Positions 32,208-40,000 of a stretch of 40,000 nucleotides of DNA are shown one piece after another. The notes beneath the pieces are model-generated. The model saw nothing but the letters and a program-made list of their open reading frames with translations. It did no database searches and was not told the DNA's origin. Within the stretch, counting starts at the first letter, position 1, and every line of letters starts with the position of its first letter. The position numbers and the translations under genes were made by a program. The stretch is from Spirochaetota bacterium (GTDB lineage: Bacteria > Spirochaetota > Spirochaetia > SZUA-6 > Fen-1364), in contig JAPLSM010000037.1 in the NCBI GenBank assembly GCA_026398635.1, positions 1 through 40,000 on the forward strand, given 5' to 3'.

Positions 32208-32418
32208 AGATCGGGCCGTAGAGCCGCCGGGCGCACGCCTCGCAGATACCGTGGCTCACGAGCGTATCATCGCTCGACGGGCCGGATCGCGGTCGGCCGG
32301 GACGGTCGCGCAGGTTGATCACCTGCTTGCATTCCGCGCAGATGGTGACGAACTCCCTCGGCGAAGCTTCGGGTGGCGCTGCGCCGGGCGGGGTGCCGCG
32401 GCCTGCCACTTTCTCCAT
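32191..32418 (-). CDS. Small zinc-ribbon-like protein (75 aa)
   Basis: ICAECKQV...(20 aa)...SHGICEACARRLY gives two CxxC pairs. GGGGAGGGGAG Shine-Dalgarno. Its own promoter is at 32490-32518. Confidence 0.55.
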   Translation of the reverse strand: MEKVAGRGTPPGAAPPEASPREFVTICAECKQVINLRDRPGRPRSGPSSDDTLVSHGICEACARRLYGPIFNRGG

Positions 32419-32489
32419 CGCTCCCCTCCCCGGGCATGGACGCCCAAGGGCGGCCGCGGACCTCCGGCAGGCCGCCCCCGTTGTCGCGC

Positions 32490-32518
32490 AGTATGCGGCC
32501 CGCCGGCCGCCGCGTCAA
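32490..32518 (-). promoter_or_regulatory. Putative promoter of the 75-aa zinc-ribbon gene
   Basis: Minus strand: TTGACG (32518-13), 17 nt, CATACT (32495-90). Confidence 0.45.
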
Positions 32519-32527
32519 CAGTTTTTT

Positions 32528-32638
32528 TCACCACCCCTGCTGCCAGGTGTACCCGCAGCGGGCGCAGGTGTACCAGGCTATCGAGAGGCCCTGACCCTGA
32601 ACGGTGACCCGGGCGGCACCGCACTTCGGGCACTTCAC
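32528..32638 (-). CDS. Unlisted mini-ORF: 36-aa zinc ribbon (up to 54 aa if started at the GTG at 32692)
   Basis: The reverse-complement frame reads (V/M)KCPKCGAARVTVQGQGLSIAWYTCARCGYTWQQGW-TGA, followed by AAAAAAA. The pattern is CPKC-x18-CARC. It is below the length cutoff of the supplied ORF track, so there is no independent support. Confidence 0.35.
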   Translation of the reverse strand: MKCPKCGAARVTVQGQGLSIAWYTCARCGYTWQQGW

Positions 32639-32684
32639 CCCGACGAACCGGGGCGTTCCCCGCGATCCGCCGCAGCACCCCACC

Positions 32685-34052
32685 TCAGGCACCCTCCCGG
32701 CCGGGCTCGGCCGCCTGCCGGAAGACGCTCAGGATCTCCGCCGTGAGCTCGGCCACGCCCCTGCGCCGGTTGGCCTGGTAGGATTCCTTGAACTTTGCAA
32801 CCGGTATCGGCTCCCCGATTTCGATCCGGGCGGAGCGGCGGAACGGGGTCCCCCGGCCCGAGATGTTGCCGCCCTTCAGCCGGTTCACCAGGTCCCAGAG
32901 GGTCGTGACCGTCTCCACGTACCGGTCGATGCCGCTGTCGGGCGAGAGGTAGTCGAGCCGGACGTATTCCATCACGTCCGCGAGCTCCATGTGCCTCAGG
33001 CGCAGCCACGACTCGGCAGCCACCCGATCCGCCAGCGCCCGGTCCAGCGGCGCGAGGGCGTCGATCGACGCGATGTCCTCCCGGTGGATCCAGGAGAGGC
33101 CCGCGTGCCGGACGGCAAGCACCCGCTGCATCCAGTCTCCCCGCGGAGTCACGCGGAAGAAGCGCTCCGCCTCGCCGAGCGCCGCCTCGACCACGGCATC
33201 CACGCGGCGCTGCAGCGCCTCCACGCTGTCGTCGCCTCGTTGGCGGAAGGAGACCCCGTGGAACCGGGCGTAATGTGCCTCGGCGCGGTCGAGCAGGTGG
33301 CGCACTGCGCGCATCACCCGGACATAGGGTTTCACATCCGGCGCGGACGGCAGCGGCGGCAGGCCGCATTCCCGCTCGATCCTCGTGAGCAACCGGTCGA
33401 GGCCCTTCCAGTCGGACTCGCGGTAGTGGTAACTGAAGCAGACAGGGAGGACGAACACCTCTTCGGCCCTGCCCTGCCGGCGCAGATCCTCCGCGCACCA
33501 GAACGCGAGCTGCGCCGTGCCGGGCTCGAGGGCGGCAACCTTCTCGTTGTGGTAGGTCACCTGCCCCTCGGGTGCCACCGCGAGCGGGTGAGGGGCTTCC
33601 GTCAGGCAGCGCCTGATGGCTGTCAGGCTCTGTGCATCGAGCTGTCCGGGAAAGACCGACAGGGCGCCGAGCCGGGGGAAAAACCAGGCGAGCCACCGCC
33701 CGGCCCACTCGGGCACGTCCCTGCCGTACAGGAAGTAGCCCTTGGGCGCCCATGCGAGCCGCACCCCGAGGCGGGCGGCCTCCTTCGGGGTGATGCCGCA
33801 CATGAGCCGGAACACGAGCGGGCCGTCGTCGGTCGACGGATGCCGGAAGGCGATGATGAACCGGGCCCGGCCTTCCTGCAGGCCCCGGTACAGCTCCACG
33901 AGGTGCCTGCCGCCGGTGGTCTCCACGCTTCGGATCCCGAGCATCCTGACCTGCAGCCACGAGCCCCAGCGGCCGATGGTGAGCACCCAGGGCCGCCGGG
34001 CGGGCGGCAGGAAGTGCAGCGGGGGCCGCGGGCCGTCGGGGATCGGGAGCAT
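32685..34052 (-). CDS. PlsC-family (glycerolipid) acyltransferase domain protein, long form
   Basis: H-x4-D motif FRHPSTDD and the AVAPEGQ (PEG) block in the N-terminal half; the roughly 200-aa C-terminal extension has no recognised motifs. 455 aa. Confidence 0.65.
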   Translation of the reverse strand: MLPIPDGPRPPLHFLPPARRPWVLTIGRWGSWLQVRMLGIRSVETTGGRHLVELYRGLQEGRARFIIAFRHPSTDDGPLVFRLMCGITPKEAARLGVRLAWAPKGYFLYGRDVPEWAGRWLAWFFPRLGALSVFPGQLDAQSLTAIRRCLTEAPHPLAVAPEGQVTYHNEKVAALEPGTAQLAFWCAEDLRRQGRAEEVFVLPVCFSYHYRESDWKGLDRLLTRIERECGLPPLPSAPDVKPYVRVMRAVRHLLDRAEAHYARFHGVSFRQRGDDSVEALQRRVDAVVEAALGEAERFFRVTPRGDWMQRVLAVRHAGLSWIHREDIASIDALAPLDRALADRVAAESWLRLRHMELADVMEYVRLDYLSPDSGIDRYVETVTTLWDLVNRLKGGNISGRGTPFRRSARIEIGEPIPVAKFKESYQANRRRGVAELTAEILSVFRQAAEPGREGA

Positions 34053-34058
34053 GGGGTG

Positions 34059-34087
34059 ACTGTAGCACGTCGGCCCGTGCGGCTGAA
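34059..34087 (-). promoter_or_regulatory. Putative promoter, leaderless geometry
   Basis: Minus strand: TTCAGC (34087-82), 17 nt, TACAGT (34064-59), 6 nt, then ATG (34052). Confidence 0.35.
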
Positions 34088-34093
34088 AGGGCG

Positions 34094-34128
34094 GGAAAAG
34101 GAAAAGGCCGCACCCTGGGGGTGCGGCC
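34094..34128 (-). terminator. Rho-independent terminator of the ABC-transporter operon
   Basis: Minus strand: GGCCGCACCC-cca-GGGTGCGGCC (34128-34106), followed by TTTTCCTTTTCC (34105-34094). Confidence 0.8.
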
Positions 34129-34142
34129 CCAAATCAACGTTC

Positions 34143-34229
34143 AGACATCCGTGTCTATGCCGCGCCTAATCGCCGTCCCAAGGGCGGCAGCCACGCGCAC
34201 CGTAGCGAGATCCCATGGCTACGGCGCGG
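34143..34229. repeat. Intergenic palindromic repeat, long member in inverted orientation (copy C)
   Basis: The reverse complement CCGCGCCGTAGCCATGGGATCTCGCTACGGTGCGCGTGGCTGCCGCCCTTGGGACGGCGATTAGGCGCGG matches copy B at about 65 of 70 positions. It also has an AGACA-cgga-TGTCT module. It overlaps the last 11 nt of the substrate-binding-protein gene, including its TAG. Confidence 0.8.
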
Positions 34230-35517
34230 AATCCTTGAAGAGCTTCGCGGCCTGGACGTCCAGGTCGGCGAGTATGGCAGAGATGTCCTTGCCGTCGAGG
34301 ATCGCGTTGTAGGCGGAGAGCATCTTGTCGCGCACGAGGTCGTAGCCCGCGTACGGCGGCTCCGAGCGCAGGTCTGAGGAGTTCAGGAGGTTCCACCCCG
34401 CAGTATAGATCTTGTTCTTTGCGAGATAATCTGCGAGGAGCGGCTCGGCGGATTTGCGGACCGGGAAGTAGGCCGAGATCTCGGCCCACCGGGCTTGCTG
34501 CTTCGGCTCGGAGAACCACTTGATGAACAGCCACGCGGCGAGCTGCTTTTCGGGGGTCGTCTTCGGCACGCTGACGCTGGCGCCGTAGAGGTCGATCGCC
34601 GGCTTGTTCGAGGCGCTCGCCTGGGGCACCGCGGCAACGCTCCACACGAACGGAGCCTTGCTCGCCTTCACGACAGTGTCGTAGTAGTTGATGCCGGACG
34701 TGGAGCTGATCGAGAACATCGCCTGGCTGTTGCCGAACTCGTTCTGGTAGTCGTACTGCTTGGCGTTCTTCTTCGCGTACCCGGCGTCGTAGAGGCGCTT
34801 CATCATCGTCATGACGGCCTTCATCTGCGGGGTGTTGAACTGGTAGCCCTTGCCGTCGCTTCGGCCGATGTCTCCGCCGTACGAGATGACGAAGGCGAAG
34901 AGGTGCGAGGCGTCGTAAGGATCGAGCGAGTACCCGTAGGTGCCCTTGGCCGGGTCCGTCGCCTTCTTGCAGAGCACCTCAAAATTATACCAAGTCGCCG
35001 GCGGAACCTTCACGCCGAACTTGTTCATCCACGTGATGTTGTAGTACAGCACCTCGATCGACCGGTTGGGCGGGAAGCCAAGCCGCTGGCCGCCGAACTG
35101 TTTGTTCACGTCCTGGCTGATGAAGCCGGGTACGAAGTCGGCGTAGTCCTTGCCCAGCCCCCACTTGGCGTCCATGACGTAGGGTTCGAGGTCGGTCAGC
35201 GCCCCGCTGACCTGGTAGCCGGCGGACTGGTTCTGGTAGGCCACAACCAGGTCGGGCGGCTTGTTCGCTGCGATGGCCGCGACCATCTTGTTGTAGATGT
35301 CGTTGTAACCGCCCGCGTACTCGCCCTGGACCGTGATCTTCCAGGCGTTCGACGCGTTGAACTCGGCGATGAGCGCCTTCATCGCCGTGTCCTTGCTCGT
35401 CGCGTGCTGGTACCAGTAGGTGATCGTCGCCCCGGTGGGGTCGACGCCGGCGAGCGACTGTCCGAACAGCGAGAGGCCGACAGCCAGCAGCGCTAGAACC
35501 ATGAGAACTCGCTTCAT
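34219..35517 (-). CDS. ABC transporter extracellular solute-binding protein (carbohydrate type)
   Basis: Signal MKRVLMVLALLAVGLSLFGQS and AGGAGG Shine-Dalgarno. 432 aa with family-1 sugar-SBP character; last gene of a permease-permease-SBP operon. Confidence 0.85.
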   Translation of the reverse strand: MKRVLMVLALLAVGLSLFGQSLAGVDPTGATITYWYQHATSKDTAMKALIAEFNASNAWKITVQGEYAGGYNDIYNKMVAAIAANKPPDLVVAYQNQSAGYQVSGALTDLEPYVMDAKWGLGKDYADFVPGFISQDVNKQFGGQRLGFPPNRSIEVLYYNITWMNKFGVKVPPATWYNFEVLCKKATDPAKGTYGYSLDPYDASHLFAFVISYGGDIGRSDGKGYQFNTPQMKAVMTMMKRLYDAGYAKKNAKQYDYQNEFGNSQAMFSISSTSGINYYDTVVKASKAPFVWSVAAVPQASASNKPAIDLYGASVSVPKTTPEKQLAAWLFIKWFSEPKQQARWAEISAYFPVRKSAEPLLADYLAKNKIYTAGWNLLNSSDLRSEPPYAGYDLVRDKMLSAYNAILDGKDISAILADLDVQAAKLFKDSAP

Positions 35518-35585
35518 AGGACCTCCTTCCCGATGTATCCGTTGGTTGCCGGGCTCACGGCCTGGCCTGGGTATTCTACCACACC

Positions 35586-36452
35586 TCACCCCTTGATGCC
35601 ACTCCTGGAAATCGCCTCGGTGAACTGCCGCTGGGCGAGCAGGTACAGCAGCACCACCGGGGCTACGGCGATCACCGCGCCCGCCATCCGCAGGTGCCAC
35701 TCGGGACCAGCCTCGCTGATGAACATCGTCAGGCCGACCGTGAGGGGCCGCCACTTCTCGGTCCGGGTGGCCACCAGCGGCCACTGCAGCGCGTTCCACG
35801 AACCGATGAATGCGAGGAAGATCACCGTGACCACCGGCGCTCGGGAGAGCGGCATCGCGATGGCCAGGAACGCCCGCGGGTGGCCCGCCCCGTCGATGCG
35901 CGCGCTCTCGATCAGCTCGTCGGGCAGCTGCGCGAAGAACTGACGCAGCAGGAAGATGTAGAACGCGCTCGCCATGAACGGCACCGTGAGGCCCGCCAGC
36001 CGGTCGTACCAGCCCAGCTTCGTGACGAGGATGAAGTTCGGCACGAGGTACACGCTCTCGGGGATGATCAGGGTGCTTAGCAGCAGCGCGAACACGAGGT
36101 TGCGGCCCGCGAAACGCATCTTGGCGAACGCGTACGCCGCGAGGGTCGAGGTGCTGAGCACGCCGGCCACGGTGACCGCGGCGGTGATCATGCTGTTACG
36201 AAAGTAGCGGCTGAAGCTCGCCCGCACCCACGCGTCCACGTAGTTGTTCCACTGGGGCACGGTCGGCCAGAACTCGGCGTGGAACGGCAGGGGGTTGACC
36301 CGGGTGAGGGTCTCGACCAGGGTCTTCAGTGACGTGCTCACCATGAAGATAAAGGGCATGAGGGCCACGAGGGCGCCGGCGGCGAGCAGGACGGCCGTGG
36401 CCGCACTGGCCATCGTCCTGCGGCGGGGAAACGCGTGTGGACTAATCGCCAT
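35586..36452 (-). CDS. Carbohydrate ABC transporter permease (MalG-like)
   Basis: Six TM helices and the EAA loop ESARIDGAGHPRAFLAIAMPLSRAP. Confidence 0.85.
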   Translation of the reverse strand: MAISPHAFPRRRTMASAATAVLLAAGALVALMPFIFMVSTSLKTLVETLTRVNPLPFHAEFWPTVPQWNNYVDAWVRASFSRYFRNSMITAAVTVAGVLSTSTLAAYAFAKMRFAGRNLVFALLLSTLIIPESVYLVPNFILVTKLGWYDRLAGLTVPFMASAFYIFLLRQFFAQLPDELIESARIDGAGHPRAFLAIAMPLSRAPVVTVIFLAFIGSWNALQWPLVATRTEKWRPLTVGLTMFISEAGPEWHLRMAGAVIAVAPVVLLYLLAQRQFTEAISRSGIKG

Positions 36453-37740
36453 ACGTCACCCGCCGCTCAGCCAGGCGCTGCTGCAGGATCGTGAGGCCGA
36501 TCACGATCGCGAACAGCAGCAGCGAGATGGTCGACGCGTAGCTCATGCGCGCCTTGCGGAAGAACGTGAAGAAGATGAGGACGCTGATCGGATCCGCGGT
36601 GCCCTGCGCGGCGGCGTTCCGCAGCACGTAGATGTGCGTGAAAGCCTTGAACGTGCCGATGATACCCAGCAGGCTGAGGAAGTAGGTCGAGGGCGACAGG
36701 AGCGGCAGGGTGATCGAGAAGAAGCTGCGCACCTTCCCCGCGCCGTCCACCTCCGCAGCCTCGTAGAGCTGCCGGGGGATGGAGGACAGCCCGTTCATGT
36801 AGATGAGCGCGTAGTAGCCGATGAACACCCACCAGCTGTAGATGGTGATCGCCGACAGCGCGAGGCTCGGACCCTGCGCCCACTTCAGCCAGTACGCGCC
36901 CACCGTGCCGGCCGCCCCCGCCGGCAGTGCCGAGGCCCCGAACAGGAGGGGCACGAGACCCTCGGCCTCCTGCAGCCAATGCAGCGGTTTCGCGCCGAAC
37001 AGCTTCAGGACCTGGTTGGCGAAGGCGTCGGGCCGCAGGGAGAAGAGTTGCTCGAAGACCGCTGCCGAGGCGACGGTCGGAGCCACGTAGGGCATCAGGT
37101 AGATCACCCGGAATGCCTGGGTGCCGCGCATCTTGCGGTGCAGGAAGACGGCCAGCACCATGCCCGCGGCCAGCTGCACCGGAACGGTGCCGATCGAGTA
37201 CCAGATCGTGACGCGCAGGGAATCGAAGACCTCGAAGTCGCCCTGCGCGGCCAGATACGGCAGCGAAACGGCGAGGCCGACGCCGCCGGCCGCGAGCAGG
37301 ACCAGGCCGGCGATCAGGGCTGCAGGTCCGTAGCGCCTGCGCCGGCCGATGAGCCACGAGGCGAGCACCATGCCGGTGATCGACGCAGCAACGGCGACGA
37401 GGTACAGGACGTTTTTGCCGAACAGCTCCGCGTAGTTCTCCAGCCCGACGAATCTGCCCTCGGGCTTGCCGCGGTACTTGAACAGGCTGACGTAGGTCGT
37501 GAACAGGGCGGGAAACAGGCCGAAAAGACCGATCAGGGCGACGGCCGGGCCGATGAACAGCCATGCCGTGGCGTTCTCGGCCGCGCGGCGCCGCAGGGAA
37601 CGCCGGGCGGGCCGTCGGCCTGCTGTAGGAGAACGCGACCGTGCTGGTTTCACCGGCACCCCCTCATCCCCAGGACGCCAGCGGCGCTCCGTGCCCCGAT
37701 AGTCTCTCCCATCGTAGGGGCAGCGTCTTCGCGCCGTCAA
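36442..37740 (-). CDS. Carbohydrate ABC transporter permease (MalF-like)
   Basis: TM-rich, with the EAA loop EAAEVDGAGKVRSFFSITLPLLSPS. The Arg-rich N-terminal roughly 60 aa make the true start uncertain. Confidence 0.8.
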   Translation of the reverse strand: MTARRRCPYDGRDYRGTERRWRPGDEGVPVKPARSRSPTAGRRPARRSLRRRAAENATAWLFIGPAVALIGLFGLFPALFTTYVSLFKYRGKPEGRFVGLENYAELFGKNVLYLVAVAASITGMVLASWLIGRRRRYGPAALIAGLVLLAAGGVGLAVSLPYLAAQGDFEVFDSLRVTIWYSIGTVPVQLAAGMVLAVFLHRKMRGTQAFRVIYLMPYVAPTVASAAVFEQLFSLRPDAFANQVLKLFGAKPLHWLQEAEGLVPLLFGASALPAGAAGTVGAYWLKWAQGPSLALSAITIYSWWVFIGYYALIYMNGLSSIPRQLYEAAEVDGAGKVRSFFSITLPLLSPSTYFLSLLGIIGTFKAFTHIYVLRNAAAQGTADPISVLIFFTFFRKARMSYASTISLLLFAIVIGLTILQQRLAERRVTYGD

Positions 37741-37794
37741 GCCAGCGATCCCGACAGCCTCCGCACGGGGTACCGTGCCAGGGCCAGAGGGCCG

Positions 37795-38499
37795 TCAAAC
37801 GCCGGCTATCCCCTCGCACCCCTCGCGTAGACGCGCAATCTTCGCCGTGCTCTTCGCGATGCCCTCCTCGAGCCAGCGACGCCCCTTCTCCGCGGTGCCC
37901 CGGGTCGGGTAGCCCCACACCCCGGTCGGCGTCAACCGCTTCATGCCGAAGACGGTGATGTCCTCGCGCAGCCAGGGCGGCACGAAGTCCGCCGCCCGCT
38001 CCCGGTGCACACGCTCGGGCGCGAGATGCAGCATGATCGAGGTTTCGACCTCGCAGGCGTGGAGGTTCTGCCCGACGTCGGAGAGGCCGGCGTAGAAGTC
38101 CACCCAGAAGATCCGGGGGCTGCGGCCGTCCATGTTCCATTCCCGGGCTGCGGGGTTGAGGATGAAGTTGCCGCCGTGGAACGTGACGAAGGCGAGGTAG
38201 CGTACGCCCCAGAGGCCGACCGATTCGGCGATGTCCCAGGCGATGCTACGGATCGTGTCGGGCTTCAGGCACACGACGCCGGCGAATCCCCGGTGCTCGA
38301 TGCAGACCGAGTACGGGAGGGCCGGCAGGCTGAGCGCACCGAGGCGCTCCGCCACCACGGGCGCAGCCCGCGCGGCGATCAGGTAGTCCGTGTCGATGGG
38401 CAGGTGCGCGGAGTGCTGCTCTACGGATCCCACCCCGACGACCGCGAGGTCGGGCTTCGCCGCCTCGATCTCGGGTGCGGTGCTGGCGGTGTCCAACAT
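37795..38499 (-). CDS. Creatininase-family amidohydrolase
   Basis: GSVEQHSAHLPIDTD and ...HGGN...ACEVETS are metal-ligand blocks of the creatininase fold. Start set at MLDTAST within ORF 37795..38535. Confidence 0.75.
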   Translation of the reverse strand: MLDTASTAPEIEAAKPDLAVVGVGSVEQHSAHLPIDTDYLIAARAAPVVAERLGALSLPALPYSVCIEHRGFAGVVCLKPDTIRSIAWDIAESVGLWGVRYLAFVTFHGGNFILNPAAREWNMDGRSPRIFWVDFYAGLSDVGQNLHACEVETSIMLHLAPERVHRERAADFVPPWLREDITVFGMKRLTPTGVWGYPTRGTAEKGRRWLEEGIAKSTAKIARLREGCEGIAGV

Positions 38500-38573
38500 G
38501 ACGGCATGGTAGCCGGGCCGCAGCCCGATGGGCAAGCCGTCGACAGGCGCCGGCGGGCAGCGTTTCGGGGGCT

Positions 38574-39458
38574 TCAGCGCCCCGGGCTCGGCCGGCGCCG
38601 GTCGCCGGTCTTCTGCCGCCGGGTCCGGGGCGCCCCGGCTTCCAGGCGCTCCATCTGGGACTGCAGCCGGCGGCCCTGTTCGCTGAACGTCGACAGCAGG
38701 CGCGTCACCTCCCGACGGTCCCGGCCGGGCCGCCGGCCGGGCCGCTCCTCCAGGAGTTTATACGAGAACGTGCCGAACTCGTAGTCGGGCACCTCTACGG
38801 CCTTCCCAGTGAGCAGGTACAGCATCCCGCTCGCGAACTGCTTCTGGACCAGGGGGCCCACGCCCTCGGCGACGTATCGGCGCACGGAGTGGTAGACGTG
38901 GACGCTGGGGAACACGCGGAACCTGCCGACCTTCCCGGCCCGGCTGATGTAGTCGAAGTCCTCCGAGACGCGCCGGGATTCCGTGAAGCCGCCGATGCGT
39001 TCGTGCAGCCGTCGCGTCACGAGGATGCACACGCCGAGGCCCTGCGGCTGCAGCACCTCCATAAGCTTGTAGTACGTGTTGCTGAACTGGTAGATGGTCC
39101 TATAGATCGCCTTGGACCCGTCGACCGGCCGGATCCAGGGGATGCAGATGTCGACGAACTCCTCGTCGAAACGGTGCAGGATGCGAGCGAGGAACCCCTC
39201 GGGCAGCACGACATCCGCGTCGAGGAACATGAGGTATTCCCCACGCGCAGTCGCGGCGCCCCGGTTGCGTCCCACCGCCGGGGTGCCCCCCGAAACCACC
39301 CGGGCGCCGTGGCTCCGGGCGACGGCTCGTGTTCGGTCTCGGGATCGGTTGTCCGCCACGATCACCTCGCGGTCGGTGAAGTCCTGGCTCTCGATGCTCG
39401 CCAGGAGCCGGGGGAGGAAATCCTCCTCGTTGAATGTCGGCACGATGATACTCAGCAT
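38574..39458 (-). CDS. Family 2 glycosyltransferase
   Basis: MLSIIVPTFNEEDFLPRLLASI..., ...VADNRSRDRT..., ...FLDADV (DxD). It has a basic C-terminal tail. Start at the internal Met of ORF 38574..39581. Confidence 0.85.
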   Translation of the reverse strand: MLSIIVPTFNEEDFLPRLLASIESQDFTDREVIVADNRSRDRTRAVARSHGARVVSGGTPAVGRNRGAATARGEYLMFLDADVVLPEGFLARILHRFDEEFVDICIPWIRPVDGSKAIYRTIYQFSNTYYKLMEVLQPQGLGVCILVTRRLHERIGGFTESRRVSEDFDYISRAGKVGRFRVFPSVHVYHSVRRYVAEGVGPLVQKQFASGMLYLLTGKAVEVPDYEFGTFSYKLLEERPGRRPGRDRREVTRLLSTFSEQGRRLQSQMERLEAGAPRTRRQKTGDRRRPSPGR

Positions 39459-39537
39459 GGCGGCTCCGCGGCGCCCGCGGTCGGCGTATGGACAAACGCG
39501 GTGCCGTCCGCTACATTGCGGCCGCAACGCCGTCGTT

Positions 39538-39553
39538 CCGCCCCTAGGGCGGG
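39538..39553. repeat. Single copy of the CCGCCC-cta-GGGCGG palindrome (copy F)
   Basis: CCGCCCCTAGGGCGGG is identical to the core of the 29193-29258 tandem units. CCAAGAGG lies nearby, as in the 29.1 kb locus. Confidence 0.7.
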
Positions 39554-39608
39554 CCACGGCACCGCCGGGCGCCGTACCCAAGAGGTAAGGGAGAGGTCTG
39601 CAAAACCT

Positions 39609-40000
39609 TTATGCATCGGTTCGATTCCGATCGGCGCCTTTCCGTTCCGCCCGTCTGATGCGCCACGCCACGATGCTCAGGATTCCGAAGAGCACCATGC
39701 TCATCTGACCGATGCGCAGGATGATCGTGTAGATCAGGCTGCGTGCCGAGCCGATGCCCAGCACGTTGAAGATCGCGAGGTGAGTGCCCTCCATGCCGCC
39801 GAGGTTGCCCGGCAGCAGCCCTACGAGCGCCTGGATGAACACGGTCGCAAAGATGACGAACGACCGCGCGAGCCGGTCGCCGGCCGCCCAGGAAGGGTCG
39901 AGCACACCGAGAATGAAGAAGGTCTGCAGCACCTCGACCACCGACACCGTCACACCCGTCAGCATGGCGAGGTAGAACACGCGCCGGTGCGCGATGATGT
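39609..40000 (-). CDS. UPF0104 / MprF-flippase-like membrane protein, C-terminal part (gene continues beyond the window)
   Basis: ...LLPGNLGGMEGTHLAIFNVLGIGSARSLIYTIILRIGQ... resembles the PxGxGxxE/D region of the 259..1293 protein. The frame stays open to nt 40000. High GC, unlike its paralogue at the left end. Confidence 0.7.
   Translation of the reverse strand, partial: IIAHRRVFYLAMLTGVTVSVVEVLQTFFILGVLDPSWAAGDRLARSFVIFATVFIQALVGLLPGNLGGMEGTHLAIFNVLGIGSARSLIYTIILRIGQMSMVLFGILSIVAWRIRRAERKGADRNRTDA

Overview
The window is about 70% GC bacterial chromosome, densely packed with housekeeping genes. These include argR, a family-X DNA polymerase, nth, era, mtnP, clpP, purC, argJ, infA, a dksA-like gene, trmB, ilvC, ilvD, alr and a sugar ABC transporter. 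All calls come from reading the ORF translations and the DNA by eye; no searches were run.

Seven observations stand out:
1. **Orphan 23S fragment.** At 3146-3714 (minus strand) the order is tRNA-Pro, tRNA-Arg, a 96-nt piece matching only the extreme 3' end of 23S rRNA and abutting the tRNA with no spacer, a repeat-rich spacer, then an intact 5S rRNA. The rest of the 23S gene is absent. This is either a 4.5S-like split rRNA or an operon remnant.
2. **Low-GC cassette.** Next to that locus lies a roughly 3 kb, roughly 50% GC three-gene lipid cassette: an LpxL-like acyltransferase, a CDP-alcohol phosphatidyltransferase and a flippase-like protein. High-GC coding sequence flanks it on both sides.
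3. **Interrupted era.** era is otherwise full length, but an in-frame TAG replaces the conserved KH-domain Lys codon.
4. **Intergenic repeat family.** A mosaic family of GC-rich, CTAG- or CATGGATG-centred palindromic repeats sits at gene 3' ends in at least seven places. Copies differ by compensatory stem changes. The repeats repeatedly abut or supply TAG stop codons.
5. **Candidate small RNA.** A near-consensus promoter and a strong intrinsic terminator bracket a roughly 95-nt structured transcript upstream of clpP. It could instead be a 17-codon leaderless micro-ORF.
6. **Degenerate helicase.** A DEAD-box helicase homologue has degenerate ATPase motifs but an intact DbpA-type RNA-binding tail.
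7. **Leaderless layout.** A -35/-10 pair ends 6-10 nt before the start codon at six or more genes.

No CRISPR array, transposase, integrase or recognisable defence system was seen. Many long ORFs in the supplied track are antisense artefacts of high GC content.
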